Source of the DNA: Cyanophyceae cyanobacterium
GTDB lineage: Bacteria; Cyanobacteriota; Cyanobacteriia; Cyanobacteriales; JBHJGN01
Reading direction: 5' to 3'
Assembly: GCA_050331735.1 (NCBI GenBank)
Contig: JBHJGN010000022.1
Span: 72,858 to 136,857 of the forward strand
DNA: 64,000 nucleotides
Below are positions 49,147 through 58,706 of this stretch, piece by piece. Position numbers and translations under genes: made by a program. A model generated the notes under the pieces. It saw only the letters and a list, made by a program, of their open reading frames with translations, was not told the origin of the DNA and did no database searches. Positions within the stretch are counted from its first letter, which is position 1, and every line of letters begins with the position of its first letter.

Positions 49147-49651
49147 GGGTTCTCACTTTGATTCGCTTGCGTCTCGCTATATTAGTATGTCTGTACCATT
49201 AATACATCAGGCAAGTGCCCAAAGAGACGGGGCGTGATGTCGTTTTTAGTTGGGCAATTGCCCAATCTTGACCCAGAAAAGGAAAGATTGGTGAGAGAAA
49301 CTCCGCCGTTTCCCGATGGGTCTTTCTCTCACTGCATGAATCAAAGGCTGTTGGGAGCGCGATCGCGCTCCCGGAAGCTAGCAAGCTCTCGGTATCTTCA
49401 CTTTTCTAAAGTAGTATCTCTTCAGATTGGCTTTAAAGCTGAAAAATCCTCTAAAATCTGGTCCAACAGACAGACTCCCAAGCGTCTACCGTTGGGAGTC
49501 TTTTCTTAAACGCTCAAGAATAAACCCCCAGATAGAGTATCTGAGGGGGAAAGTTGCTCTTTAGAGGCTGCGTTAATCAGGTTATCAGTTAGCCTGCGGT
49601 TAACGCTGCTATTTATAAGTTACAGGAACGATGTAAAAAATGAGGTAAGAT

Positions 49652-50779
49652 TTAGTCGCGGGGGCGCGGAACGAACAGTCGCGGTCTCTGCGGTTGAGAG
49701 ACTACTGTTTGCCAAATCTGCTCGATCTGAGCGGCCATCTGTTGAGCCGTCAAAGACGCTGCCGCGATCACCCGACCGCGTTGCCCAAAGCGCTGGCGCA
49801 GTTCCGGGCTGTGCAGCCGACGCAGCGCCGCCACCAAGCCATCGACATCGTTTTTGTCGATTAAGATACCCGTTTCCCCATCTACCACCGCTTCCGCCAT
49901 GCTGCCAACGCGGGTGGCAATCACCGGACGAGCCGCTAGCATCGCTTCGACAACGGTGAGGGGAAAGCCTTCAGAACGAGAAGGCTGCACAACCACATCA
50001 AACTGAGGCAAAACCTCCCGCGGAGTCTCCACCCAGCCCCGGAGCTCGACGCGATCGCTTACTCCCAGTTCGCAGGCTAGCTGCTCTAGCTTCTGGCGGT
50101 AGGCTCCCTCTCCCAAAATCACGGCCCGCACTTCCTGCATCTGAGCGATCGCCCGCAGCAAAACGTCATGGGCCTTCATCGGATCGAGTCTGCCAATGCT
50201 GCCGATCACAAGCTGGTCCCGATGACACGGCAGCGGCGCAGCGCCCAGATCCGGAACTCCGTTCGGCACCGACAGCACCGCACCGCGACCCAGAGCATAA
50301 AAATCCTCCATCAGCTTCGCGCTCGTCTGGCCCACCGAAACATGAGCATCGACGCGGAGACAGAGCCAGCGAGTTGGCAGCCACGTCCGCAGCTCGGTGG
50401 TGCGCAGCGGTAGCTGATCGACCCGCACCACCCGAGAGTGAGGCAGCATCAGAGCCGCGGTTAACCCCGTCATCCCAGCCCAGGGCGCACAGAGATTGAC
50501 ATGCACCACGTCCGGTTTTAACGGGGATAGGGCCTGCCAGTGGGCGACTAAGCCCCCAAGACCCCGCTCTGGCAGCACGATCCTGTTCGCCTGGGGTCTG
50601 CGGGCGGCGATCGCCTCGACGACCTTCTCAGACGTACCGAGAACCGTCAGTTCGATTTCCGGCGAGACGAATGCAACGAGGTGACCAAGGCTAATTTCGG
50701 CTCCCCCAATGCCGGCAGAGTCTGTGTAAACAACGACTTTTGTTAGGGGTGGATGGCTGATGGTCGATGGTCCCCTCAC
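49652..50779 (-). CDS. GT4 glycosyltransferase
   Basis: GGAE, IGRL..KAH, PSRSEGFP..VEAM; GTG 50779 overlaps the upstream stop (GTGA). Confidence 0.88.
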   Translation of the reverse strand: MRGPSTISHPPLTKVVVYTDSAGIGGAEISLGHLVAFVSPEIELTVLGTSEKVVEAIAARRPQANRIVLPERGLGGLVAHWQALSPLKPDVVHVNLCAPWAGMTGLTAALMLPHSRVVRVDQLPLRTTELRTWLPTRWLCLRVDAHVSVGQTSAKLMEDFYALGRGAVLSVPNGVPDLGAAPLPCHRDQLVIGSIGRLDPMKAHDVLLRAIAQMQEVRAVILGEGAYRQKLEQLACELGVSDRVELRGWVETPREVLPQFDVVVQPSRSEGFPLTVVEAMLAARPVIATRVGSMAEAVVDGETGILIDKNDVDGLVAALRRLHSPELRQRFGQRGRVIAAASLTAQQMAAQIEQIWQTVVSQPQRPRLFVPRPRD

Positions 50780-52005
50780 GATTGCTGCCCATTCGTCTCG
50801 ATTGGCGGAGAGGCGCTCTCCTCGACTGCTTCCGTCAGAACGAGCGGCTCGGCAGTTTGAGCCCCGCACCGCAGCAGCAGAGCTAACCGCATTTGCACAG
50901 CATCATCGAAACAGCGCGGATTCAGTCCGGTAAGGGAAGCCACTTTTTCAAGACGATAGGAGAGGGTATTACGATGCACAGACAGTCGTTTGGCAGTCGC
51001 TGACGGGCAGCAGTCTTGCTCAAAAAATACTGTCAAAGTCTCCAACAGCTCTGGCTCGCAGTCTAGAGGACTGAGAAGGTGAGTCGCCAGCTCAATTTTA
51101 GTCTGCTCGTCGCTTAAACAAACAAAGACGGCAATGCCAAGCTGATCTAAGCAGTAGACCTGATTGCGTCCGCTGAAGCGATGTCCTAAAGCAAGAGCGG
51201 CCCGAGCATCTTGGTAGGAGCGGGCTAAGCCCCGAATTCCAGGATGATAGCGACCAATGCCAATGCTAATCGGGGTGGCAGTATCAGAGCGTAACCGCCG
51301 CAGCAGAGCATCAGCCGCTCTTTTTAACGCCGTTAAATTCGCCCAAGCAGACGGCGGTTCGGAAAAATCCTGCGCCCACTCGCCCAGGTTTTGGGTATTG
51401 CTGGCTTTTAAAACCGCCACTTGGCCGTTCTTTAAATCGGCACAAATCGTATCGTCGGGGAGGTGAAAGAAGTTGACAATGGTGCCAATAATGAGCTGAG
51501 CTCGTCGGTGTCGGCGATCGCCTGCCTCTTCTTTGAGCAGATAGTCCGCCGCATCCACCAGAATCACCGCCCGAGGAGGCATCAGATTTAGATTGAGCAG
51601 TTTTGCTTGCCGAAAAACCTGCTCTTCGTCGGGGGAGTTGCCGTGAAGCAGATCGTAAATAAACTGCTCTTTAAGCGACTGACGATTGGGCAACCGTTCA
51701 AGCATGGTCGTTTGACTAATGACTAACTCGATCAAAACTCGCGCTAGCCGGGGAGAGATCACCTCCCCATTGGTCGGTTGACCCACAACGACTGTTCCCC
51801 ACTGATTGCCAATTTGGAGCGGCACTTGCAGATACTGAGTCTGTCTGTTTCCGACTCGAAATGTCCCCCCAAGCTGTTTATCACTGCTGGCCACCACCAT
51901 CCCCTGGTGATCGAGCGCAAACGCCCGAGCATGCAATAGCTCGGAAACTCGACCGACAATGGCATGAGCGGTTTTAGCCTCTTGAATACTAACAAGCGAT
52001 CGCAT
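50776..52005 (-). CDS. CdaR/PucR-family transcriptional regulator
   Basis: N-terminal GMVVASSD, GGDEF-like middle region (SIGIG...SYQDA), C-terminal HTH TAKRLSVHRNTLSYRL. Confidence 0.88.
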   Translation of the reverse strand: MRSLVSIQEAKTAHAIVGRVSELLHARAFALDHQGMVVASSDKQLGGTFRVGNRQTQYLQVPLQIGNQWGTVVVGQPTNGEVISPRLARVLIELVISQTTMLERLPNRQSLKEQFIYDLLHGNSPDEEQVFRQAKLLNLNLMPPRAVILVDAADYLLKEEAGDRRHRRAQLIIGTIVNFFHLPDDTICADLKNGQVAVLKASNTQNLGEWAQDFSEPPSAWANLTALKRAADALLRRLRSDTATPISIGIGRYHPGIRGLARSYQDARAALALGHRFSGRNQVYCLDQLGIAVFVCLSDEQTKIELATHLLSPLDCEPELLETLTVFFEQDCCPSATAKRLSVHRNTLSYRLEKVASLTGLNPRCFDDAVQMRLALLLRCGAQTAEPLVLTEAVEESASPPIETNGQQS

Positions 52006-52223
52006 TCATCCAATTCCCGTTACTGCCGATATCTGCTCTACCACTAGCAAAGAGCCTATCATAGCAAGCTTTAAGCCGTGTCTCGTCATCAGTTGCTCAT
52101 CTTCTCTCTCTTTTAGAGTAAAAATACCCAGCACAGATTCGACCTAAAGATAGAGAACAAGGCTAGCCACTTTCTGTAATGTAGTAAATGAAAGATGTCA
52201 AGCGATCGAAAAAAAAATTAACC

Positions 52224-52421
52224 ATGCAACAGACACCAGAAACTCACTACGAACAGCAATCCGAGCGCAAGTACGGCGAATTCGCCACCAAATTCCAGTT
52301 TGGTTCCAACCCCAGCGCTGAAGTCTGGAACGGCAGACTAGCCATGATCGGTTTTCTCGGTGCCCTCATCGTCGAGCTAACCACCGGACAGGGCTTCTTC
52401 CACTGGCTTGGCTTAATCTAA
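52224..52421 (+). CDS. High-light-inducible protein (Hli/SCP)
   Basis: [13 protein letters not shown] chlorophyll-binding motif, ELTTGQG. Confidence 0.9.
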   Translation: MQQTPETHYEQQSERKYGEFATKFQFGSNPSAEVWNGRLAMIGFLGALIVELTTGQGFFHWLGLI

Positions 52422-52639
52422 GCTGTACTGGCTCTAGTAGATCCAGCCACGCCTTCAGAATCAGACTGGCAGCAAGCCTAAGACAACAACGAATCAGCAA
52501 TCATTCTTTTGATACAGACGATCTTTAGCTTTAAGGCTAAAGGTCGTCTATTTTCATGTTTTTTCTATCCGACTCCAGAACGAGACGGGTTTCACGGTGA
52601 AAAGCTATCCTAGACAAAATGTGGAACTCAGTAATCGCC

Positions 52640-52870
52640 ATGTCTAACAACGCGGTCGAAGTGTGCCCCGTCTGCGGTGTCAAAATCGTCAAAATGCTTG
52701 GGGGAGATAAAGTTCTCTTTTCCGCTGGTCCTCCTGGCGATAGAGCCAAACTATGGACAAGAGTGTGCAGCTATGCTCAAAAACCGGGCTGCATCAACAA
52801 AGATTACGGCAACAACAGTTCTGCCACCGCACCTCCGCTAAGGTCATCCTTGTTTGGGAAAGCGCCGTAG
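52640..52870 (+). CDS. Small Cys-containing hypothetical protein
   Basis: CPVCGV...FSAGPPG..L..RVC...GCIN. Confidence 0.6.
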   Translation: MSNNAVEVCPVCGVKIVKMLGGDKVLFSAGPPGDRAKLWTRVCSYAQKPGCINKDYGNNSSATAPPLRSSLFGKAP

Positions 52871-53082
52871 GCGCGGGGGAACGGGGAAATAGTTCCTATC
52901 GGAACGGGGAAAGGGGAAGGGGGAAAGGGGAAAGGGAATAATTTATCTTCTTATCCTCACTACCAGAAAAAGACGGGCATTTTGCCCGCCTCGGCTGCTG
53001 ATTCTAGCGAAAGCAGTCCCCCTTTCCCATTTTCCCGTTGCGGAGCAACTTTACCCTTTACCCTTTCCCCGTCGCACAGCGA
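52862..53082. repeat. Composite repeat overlapping both convergent stop codons
   Basis: GCGCCGTAGGCGC, GTTCCTATCGGAAC, GGGGAAA tandem units, then a TTCCC arm with GTTGCGGAGCAAC and GTCGCACAGCGAC. Confidence 0.8.
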
Positions 53083-54143
53083 CTCAGCAGTACGCCGAAC
53101 GGATACTGGTCATCCACCCAGCCATCAACCGTTTTTAGTCCCTTCGTCATTAGGTAATCCTGCATCTGCTGCCAGTTGAACTTGCGGGAAATTTCGGTGA
53201 GAATTGTTTCTCCGGCTTGAAATTCTACTATCAGGTTAAGCCCGTTCAGCCGAACCTGCTGGGCAGATTGACTGACGAGGTGCATTTCGATTCTGGAGCG
53301 AGACTCGTTATAAAAAGCGCCGTGTTCAAACAGATCGAGGTTGAAATTTCCGCTAAACCGCCAGTTAAGGTGACGCAGCATATTGAGGTTGAATGCTGCC
53401 GTTACGCCCTGGCTGTCGTTATAGGCCGCTTCTAAAACCTCTTTGGGCTTTTGTAGATCGATGCCGAGCAAGAAATAGTCTCCCCGATTGAGGGCGGCCT
53501 GAAGCTGGGAGAAAAAGCGATCGCACTCGGACTGGCTAAAGTTGCCGAGGGTACTGCCTAAAAACAGCACAGTTCGTTTACCCAGCGGAGACGGACCAAG
53601 CTGCTGAAGGGCCGTCTCGTAGGTACTTACTAAGCCATGAACCTGAAGCGTCGGGTAGTCTGCCAGCAATTGCTGAGCGCTCTCTTGCAAAATACTCGCG
53701 CTGACATCAATCGGCTTGTATCGCAAAGCCTGTCCCAACTGCCGATGAGCATCGAGCAGTAAGCGAGTTTTCGTTGAGCTACCGCTGCCGAGTTCGACTA
53801 GCTCACAGGCTCCTGTTTGTCGAGCAATCGTGGTGGCCTGCTGAGTTAAAATAGCAGCCTCGGTGCGAGTGGGATAGTATTCCGGTAGCTCGCAGATTTG
53901 CTCGAATAGCAAAGACCCTCGCTCGTCATAGAAGTAATGAGGCGGTAAAGATTTTTGGGGCTGAGTTAATCCCTCAATTACGTCTGCTCCTTCCCGCTTG
54001 TGGTTTTGGCCGCTCGAATATTGCCGAGTCAGTCGCTCGATGGACAAGCGCTGTTGCTGCTGAGAACGATCGCCAGTCAAAGAAGTTGACACGCTAAACC
54101 TTGAAATCACCGCTGCAATTGTAGCGGATTTGACATAACCCAA
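53058..54143 (-). CDS. egtD: L-histidine N-alpha-methyltransferase (ergothioneine pathway)
   Basis: YFYDERGS, LPEYYPTRTE, ELGSGS, FLGSTLGNF, AYNDSQGVTAAFN, TEISRKF. Confidence 0.93.
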   Translation of the reverse strand: MGYVKSATIAAVISRFSVSTSLTGDRSQQQQRLSIERLTRQYSSGQNHKREGADVIEGLTQPQKSLPPHYFYDERGSLLFEQICELPEYYPTRTEAAILTQQATTIARQTGACELVELGSGSSTKTRLLLDAHRQLGQALRYKPIDVSASILQESAQQLLADYPTLQVHGLVSTYETALQQLGPSPLGKRTVLFLGSTLGNFSQSECDRFFSQLQAALNRGDYFLLGIDLQKPKEVLEAAYNDSQGVTAAFNLNMLRHLNWRFSGNFNLDLFEHGAFYNESRSRIEMHLVSQSAQQVRLNGLNLIVEFQAGETILTEISRKFNWQQMQDYLMTKGLKTVDGWVDDQYPFGVLLSRCATGKG

Positions 54144-54296
54144 CGAGCAAGATTTGCGATCGGTAATCGACTGTCAGAAATTAGAATGAATGATGAGAGC
54201 AAGCCCTCATCGTGGGGAGAGGAGCAGTCTTCGAGACTGAAACATTCAAGCTCACGGCGGCAAATCTTAATATTGCTTCTGCAAAAGGATTCAACT

Positions 54297-55088
54297 ATGG
54301 TGCAAGTGGACCAACCCCAGACGGCTGACTCCTGGTATTGGTATCGCCAGGGCAAGCATCTTCAAGAACAAGAACAGTACCCCGAAGCGATCGCCTGTTA
54401 CGATCGTTCTCTAGCAATCCAGAGCGACGACTATTGGACATGGTATAGCCGCGCTCAATGTTACCAAGCGTTAACAAAGTATGCAGAGGCGATCGCTTCC
54501 TTAGACCAGGCGCTAGCGGCCAGACCGAACGACTATTGGGCCTGGTACAGTCGGGGCGTGATCGCTCTTGAAAACCTAGATAGATTTGAGGACGCGCTCT
54601 TGAGCTTTCAACAAGCATTAGCGGCCAGAGCGAACGATTACTGGGCCTGGTATCGTCACGGAGATACCCTGCGTCATTTAGGTCAGCACCAAGAAGCCGT
54701 CGCCAGTTACGACCGCGCTTTAGCCCTGCGCTCCGACGATTACTGGACCTGGCATCGGCGCGGAGATGCTCTGCGCCACTTAGGTCAGCACCAAGAAGCC
54801 GTCGCCAGCTACCAGCAGGCGCTAGCCCTCGATTCCGGTGCCTACTGGAGCTGGTATCGCCAAGGAGATGCCCTCCGCTATCTAGCCAGGTATCCAGAAG
54901 CGATCGCCAGCTATGATCGCGCGATCGCCATCGATCCTCAAGACGACTATGCCTGGTATAATCGAGCCTGCTGTGCTGCTAAAATTGGTCAAACAGAACT
55001 GGCCCTTGACTCTTTAAACCAGGCAATTATCCTCAACGAGCGTAATCGACAGCTCGCTCAACGAGACCCAGATCTCGCCCGGCTCTAA
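54297..55088 (+). CDS. TPR-repeat protein
   Basis: About seven 34-aa repeats of the type YWAWYRHGDTLRHLGQHQEAVASYDRAL. Confidence 0.9.
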   Translation: MVQVDQPQTADSWYWYRQGKHLQEQEQYPEAIACYDRSLAIQSDDYWTWYSRAQCYQALTKYAEAIASLDQALAARPNDYWAWYSRGVIALENLDRFEDALLSFQQALAARANDYWAWYRHGDTLRHLGQHQEAVASYDRALALRSDDYWTWHRRGDALRHLGQHQEAVASYQQALALDSGAYWSWYRQGDALRYLARYPEAIASYDRAIAIDPQDDYAWYNRACCAAKIGQTELALDSLNQAIILNERNRQLAQRDPDLARL

Positions 55089-55260
55089 GCGCCGCAGGCG
55101 TAGGGAAAGAAGTTGCTCCGCAACGGGTAAAGGGAAAAGAAATTAGCTTGTTCCTCAGTTCTGTATTCCTTCCCCGTTCCGGAGGAACAGTTTTCCCCTT
55201 CCCCTTTCCCCGTCCCGCCAGGGACAAATTTCCCTTTCCCCGTCCCGCCAGGGACAATTT
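55089..55260. repeat. Composite repeat with inverted core and a ~30-bp tandem duplication
   Basis: Core reads GGAATACAGAACTGAGGAACAAGCT on the minus strand; CCCTTTCCCCGTCCCGCCAGGGACAA occurs twice. Confidence 0.8.
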
Positions 55261-55291
55261 ATAAACCTAACGAGGCTACTAAGAATCCCGC

Positions 55292-57712
55292 ATGTCTTAC
55301 CTGATCGAGCACGTCCTCAACTCCAGCGAAAAAAGCGATCTTCGGCAGTTTATTAATCACCTGCAAGTGTCAGAGCATCGCTACCTGTTGCGGAACGAAA
55401 TTCTGACGGCTTTTAGTGAGTTTTGTCGCCACCAGGAAAAAGCGGACGATTACGCTCAGTCTTCTCGCTTGGGTAAGCTCATCTACTATACTCAAGAAAT
55501 TATCTTAGAAGAAGATAGTTTGTGTCTAATTATTCGACCGAAGATCGCTAGACACGAAACCTATCGCATTTTAGAAGATTTGTCGATTGAGCCCCTCAGC
55601 TATCAAGAACTTCTCGATGTGCGCGATCGCTTTGTGAATCGCTTTAACCCCGAGGAAGGGGATGTCTTTGAAATCGATTTCCAGTCTTTCTACGACTATT
55701 CCCCGATTATCCGCGACCCGAAAAATATTGGTAAAGGCGTTCAATTCCTCAACCGCTTTCTCTCCAGCAAGCTCTTTCAAGATCCTCAGCAGTGGCTCAA
55801 AGCGCTATTTGGTTTCTTAAGCGTCCATCGCTACGACGGGACGCAGCTACTCATTAACGGCAGAATCAAAAACCAGGAGCAGCTCTCCGAACAGGTGAAG
55901 CAGGCGGTGGCGTTTGTAGACGATTTTTCGTCAGAAACTCCCTACGAAGACTTTCGCTTTGAGCTTCAGGGGATGGGATTTGAACCCGGATGGGGAAACA
56001 CAGCCGGAAGAGTCAAAGAAACCCTCGAAATCCTCGACGAACTCATTGACTCCCCCGACGACCAGGTTCTTGAAGCCTTCATCTCGCGCATTCCAATGAT
56101 CTTTCGGATCGTGCTGGTTTCAGTGCATGGCTGGTTTGGGCAAGAAGGAGTCCTCGGTCGTCCCGACACAGGGGGTCAGGTGGTGTATGTCCTCGACCAG
56201 GCGCGGAGCCTAGAAAAACAGCTCCAAGAAGAAATTACCCTCGCTGGACTCGATGGGTTCAACGTTCAGCCCAAAGTTGTTATCCTCTCTCGTCTGATTC
56301 CTAACAGCGACGGCACTCGCTGTAACGAACGCCTAGAAAAAGTTCACGGCACCGATAACGCCTGGATTCTGCGCGTTCCGTTCCGAGAATTCAACCCGAA
56401 CGTAACCCAAAACTGGATTTCTCGCTTTGAAATTTGGCCTTACCTAGAAACCTACGCCATTGATGCTGAAAAAGAACTCACCGCTGAGTTTCGGGGTCGG
56501 CCAGATTTAATTATTGGCAACTATTCCGACGGCAATTTGGTCGCGTTTCTGCTGGCGCGACGGCTCAAGGTCACTCAGTTTAATGTTGCCCACGCCCTCG
56601 AAAAATCTAAATATCTCTTCAGTAACCTCTATTGGCAAGACTTAGAGCCTAACTATCATTTCTCGCTACAGTTTACGGCAGATCTAGTGACGATGAACGC
56701 CGCCAACTGTATTATCAGCAGCACCTATCAAGAAATCGTCGGCAGACCCGATAGCGTGGGTCAGTACGAGTCCTACGAAAACTTTACTATGCCGGATCTC
56801 TACCACGTTGTCAAAGGAATCGAGCTGTTTTCGCCCAAATTTAACGTGGTGCCGCCGGGAGTCAACGAAAGAGTTTACTTTCCCTATACCCATGCTGAGG
56901 AGCGCACCCCGGCAAAAGTCGAGCGCCTCGAAGAACTGCTGTTTACGCTCGAAGATCCCGAGCAAGCCTACGGCACCTTGGACGATCTGAGCCTGCGACC
57001 GCTGTTTTCGATGGCGCGACTCGATCGCATCAAAAACCTCACCGGACTCGCGGAATGCTACGGTCGCTCTCCTGAACTGCAAGAACGGTGCAACTTAATT
57101 CTGGTGGCGGGTAAGCTTCACGTTTCCGAGTCAACAGATAATGAAGAACGAGAGCAGATTGAAACGCTTTACCGTTTGATCGACCAGTACAATCTTCACG
57201 GCAAAATTCGCTGGCTCGGAGTCCGGTTGCCGAAAAGCGATTCTGGGGAAGTCTATCGCATTATCGCCGATCGCCAGGGTCTTTTTATCCAGCCAGCGCT
57301 CTTTGAAGCGTTTGGCTTAACCATTCTTGAAGCGATGATTTCTGGGCTACCCACCTTTGCCACTCAATTCGGCGGACCTTTAGAAATCATTCAAGATAAG
57401 GTGAACGGTTTTTATATCAACCCCACTCAGCTCGAAGAAACTGCGGCCAAAGTTCTAGAATTCTTGTCTAAATGCGAGCAAAACCCCAACTACTGGCAGG
57501 AGATGTCTCAGCGCTCCATCGAGAGAGTCTATAGCACCTATACCTGGAAAATCCATACAACCAGGCTTCTGACCCTCGCGCGAATCTACGGCTTCTGGAA
57601 CTTCATCTCCCAAGAAAACCGCGAAGACATGCTGCGCTATAACGAGGCGCTGTTCTACTTACTTTATAAGCCCCGGGCCAAGGCGCTGCTAGAGGAACAC
57701 TGGCATCGGTAA
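55292..57712 (+). CDS. susA: Sucrose synthase
   Basis: IGKGVQFLNR, LGRPDTGGQVVY, GNYSDGNL, AHALEK, MARLDRIKN, EAFGLT; 806 aa. Confidence 0.95.
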   Translation: MSYLIEHVLNSSEKSDLRQFINHLQVSEHRYLLRNEILTAFSEFCRHQEKADDYAQSSRLGKLIYYTQEIILEEDSLCLIIRPKIARHETYRILEDLSIEPLSYQELLDVRDRFVNRFNPEEGDVFEIDFQSFYDYSPIIRDPKNIGKGVQFLNRFLSSKLFQDPQQWLKALFGFLSVHRYDGTQLLINGRIKNQEQLSEQVKQAVAFVDDFSSETPYEDFRFELQGMGFEPGWGNTAGRVKETLEILDELIDSPDDQVLEAFISRIPMIFRIVLVSVHGWFGQEGVLGRPDTGGQVVYVLDQARSLEKQLQEEITLAGLDGFNVQPKVVILSRLIPNSDGTRCNERLEKVHGTDNAWILRVPFREFNPNVTQNWISRFEIWPYLETYAIDAEKELTAEFRGRPDLIIGNYSDGNLVAFLLARRLKVTQFNVAHALEKSKYLFSNLYWQDLEPNYHFSLQFTADLVTMNAANCIISSTYQEIVGRPDSVGQYESYENFTMPDLYHVVKGIELFSPKFNVVPPGVNERVYFPYTHAEERTPAKVERLEELLFTLEDPEQAYGTLDDLSLRPLFSMARLDRIKNLTGLAECYGRSPELQERCNLILVAGKLHVSESTDNEEREQIETLYRLIDQYNLHGKIRWLGVRLPKSDSGEVYRIIADRQGLFIQPALFEAFGLTILEAMISGLPTFATQFGGPLEIIQDKVNGFYINPTQLEETAAKVLEFLSKCEQNPNYWQEMSQRSIERVYSTYTWKIHTTRLLTLARIYGFWNFISQENREDMLRYNEALFYLLYKPRAKALLEEHWHR

Positions 57713-57725
57713 CAGGCATCACTAG

Positions 57726-58706
57726 TTACTGGTAGCTGCTCACCGGTAGCTGACAAAACACCCGGTTTCGTCCTTTATGCTTAGCCTGATACAGGGCTTG
57801 GTCTGCGGCGGCGATCAGGATTTCTGGGGACTGGTCAGGGAGGGGGACGAATCCGGCGACTCCGGCACTAAGGGTGACAAACTCACCGACTGGCGAACCG
57901 GCGTGGGGAAGGGCTGTGGTTCTCAATCGCTCCTGCACCAGTTCGGCAACGTGCCTAGCTCCCTCTACAGGAGTGTTTGGTAAAATGGCCGCAAATTCTT
58001 CTCCGCCGAAGCGGGCGGCTTCATCAGCGGGGCGGCGCATGGTTGTATCAATGACGCTAGCGACTACTTTCAGGCATTCGTCTCCTGCGGGATGGCCGTA
58101 GGTATCGTTATAAACTTTGAAATAGTCTACGTCCCACAGAATCAAAGACAGGGGAGACTGCTCCCGGGCGAGGCGCTTCCATTCTCTGAGCAAGCAGTCA
58201 TCAAAGTAGCGGCGGTTGCCTACTTGGGTCAGCCCATCAATAAAGGCAAACTGCTTGAGCTGCTGATTCGCTGCCTCTAGCTGAACCGTCAGAGATTTGA
58301 GCTTTGCCATTGCCCAGTTAGTCTGGAGCAAGCGCCGCACTCGCTGGACCAGCACCGCCCAGTGAATCGGTTTGGTGACAAAATCGGCGGCTCCAATCTT
58401 GAAGGCGCGATCGACCGATTCGCGATCGTTGAGGGCGGTAATCATCAATACCGGGGGACAGCGATCGCCAAACCGAGTTTGAAGCTGGTGGCAGCAGGTA
58501 AACCCGTCCATCACGGGCATCAGAGCATCGAGCAGAATGATATCCGGCAATTCTTCCTGCACCAGAGTCAGACAGGCTTCCCCGTTATCGGCTTCTGCGA
58601 CTCGATAGCCCTCTTTCTCCATCGACCGCCGCAGGAGTCGTCTCAGCGTTTTCTGATCGTCAACGATTAGCACTAAGGGCGTTTTATTGGTCGTTAATTC
58701 ACTCAT
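57726..58706 (-). CDS. REC-GGDEF (PleD-like) diguanylate cyclase
   Basis: IVDD...LLDALMP..DG receiver; DVDYFK.YND.YGH, RPAD I-site, GGEEF. Confidence 0.93.
   Translation of the reverse strand: MSELTTNKTPLVLIVDDQKTLRRLLRRSMEKEGYRVAEADNGEACLTLVQEELPDIILLDALMPVMDGFTCCHQLQTRFGDRCPPVLMITALNDRESVDRAFKIGAADFVTKPIHWAVLVQRVRRLLQTNWAMAKLKSLTVQLEAANQQLKQFAFIDGLTQVGNRRYFDDCLLREWKRLAREQSPLSLILWDVDYFKVYNDTYGHPAGDECLKVVASVIDTTMRRPADEAARFGGEEFAAILPNTPVEGARHVAELVQERLRTTALPHAGSPVGEFVTLSAGVAGFVPLPDQSPEILIAAADQALYQAKHKGRNRVFCQLPVSSYQ

Noticed and set aside
50780..50869. N-terminal extension of the GT4 ORF
   Set aside because: It overlaps the CdaR C-terminus; the GTGA coupled start at 50779 is more plausible.
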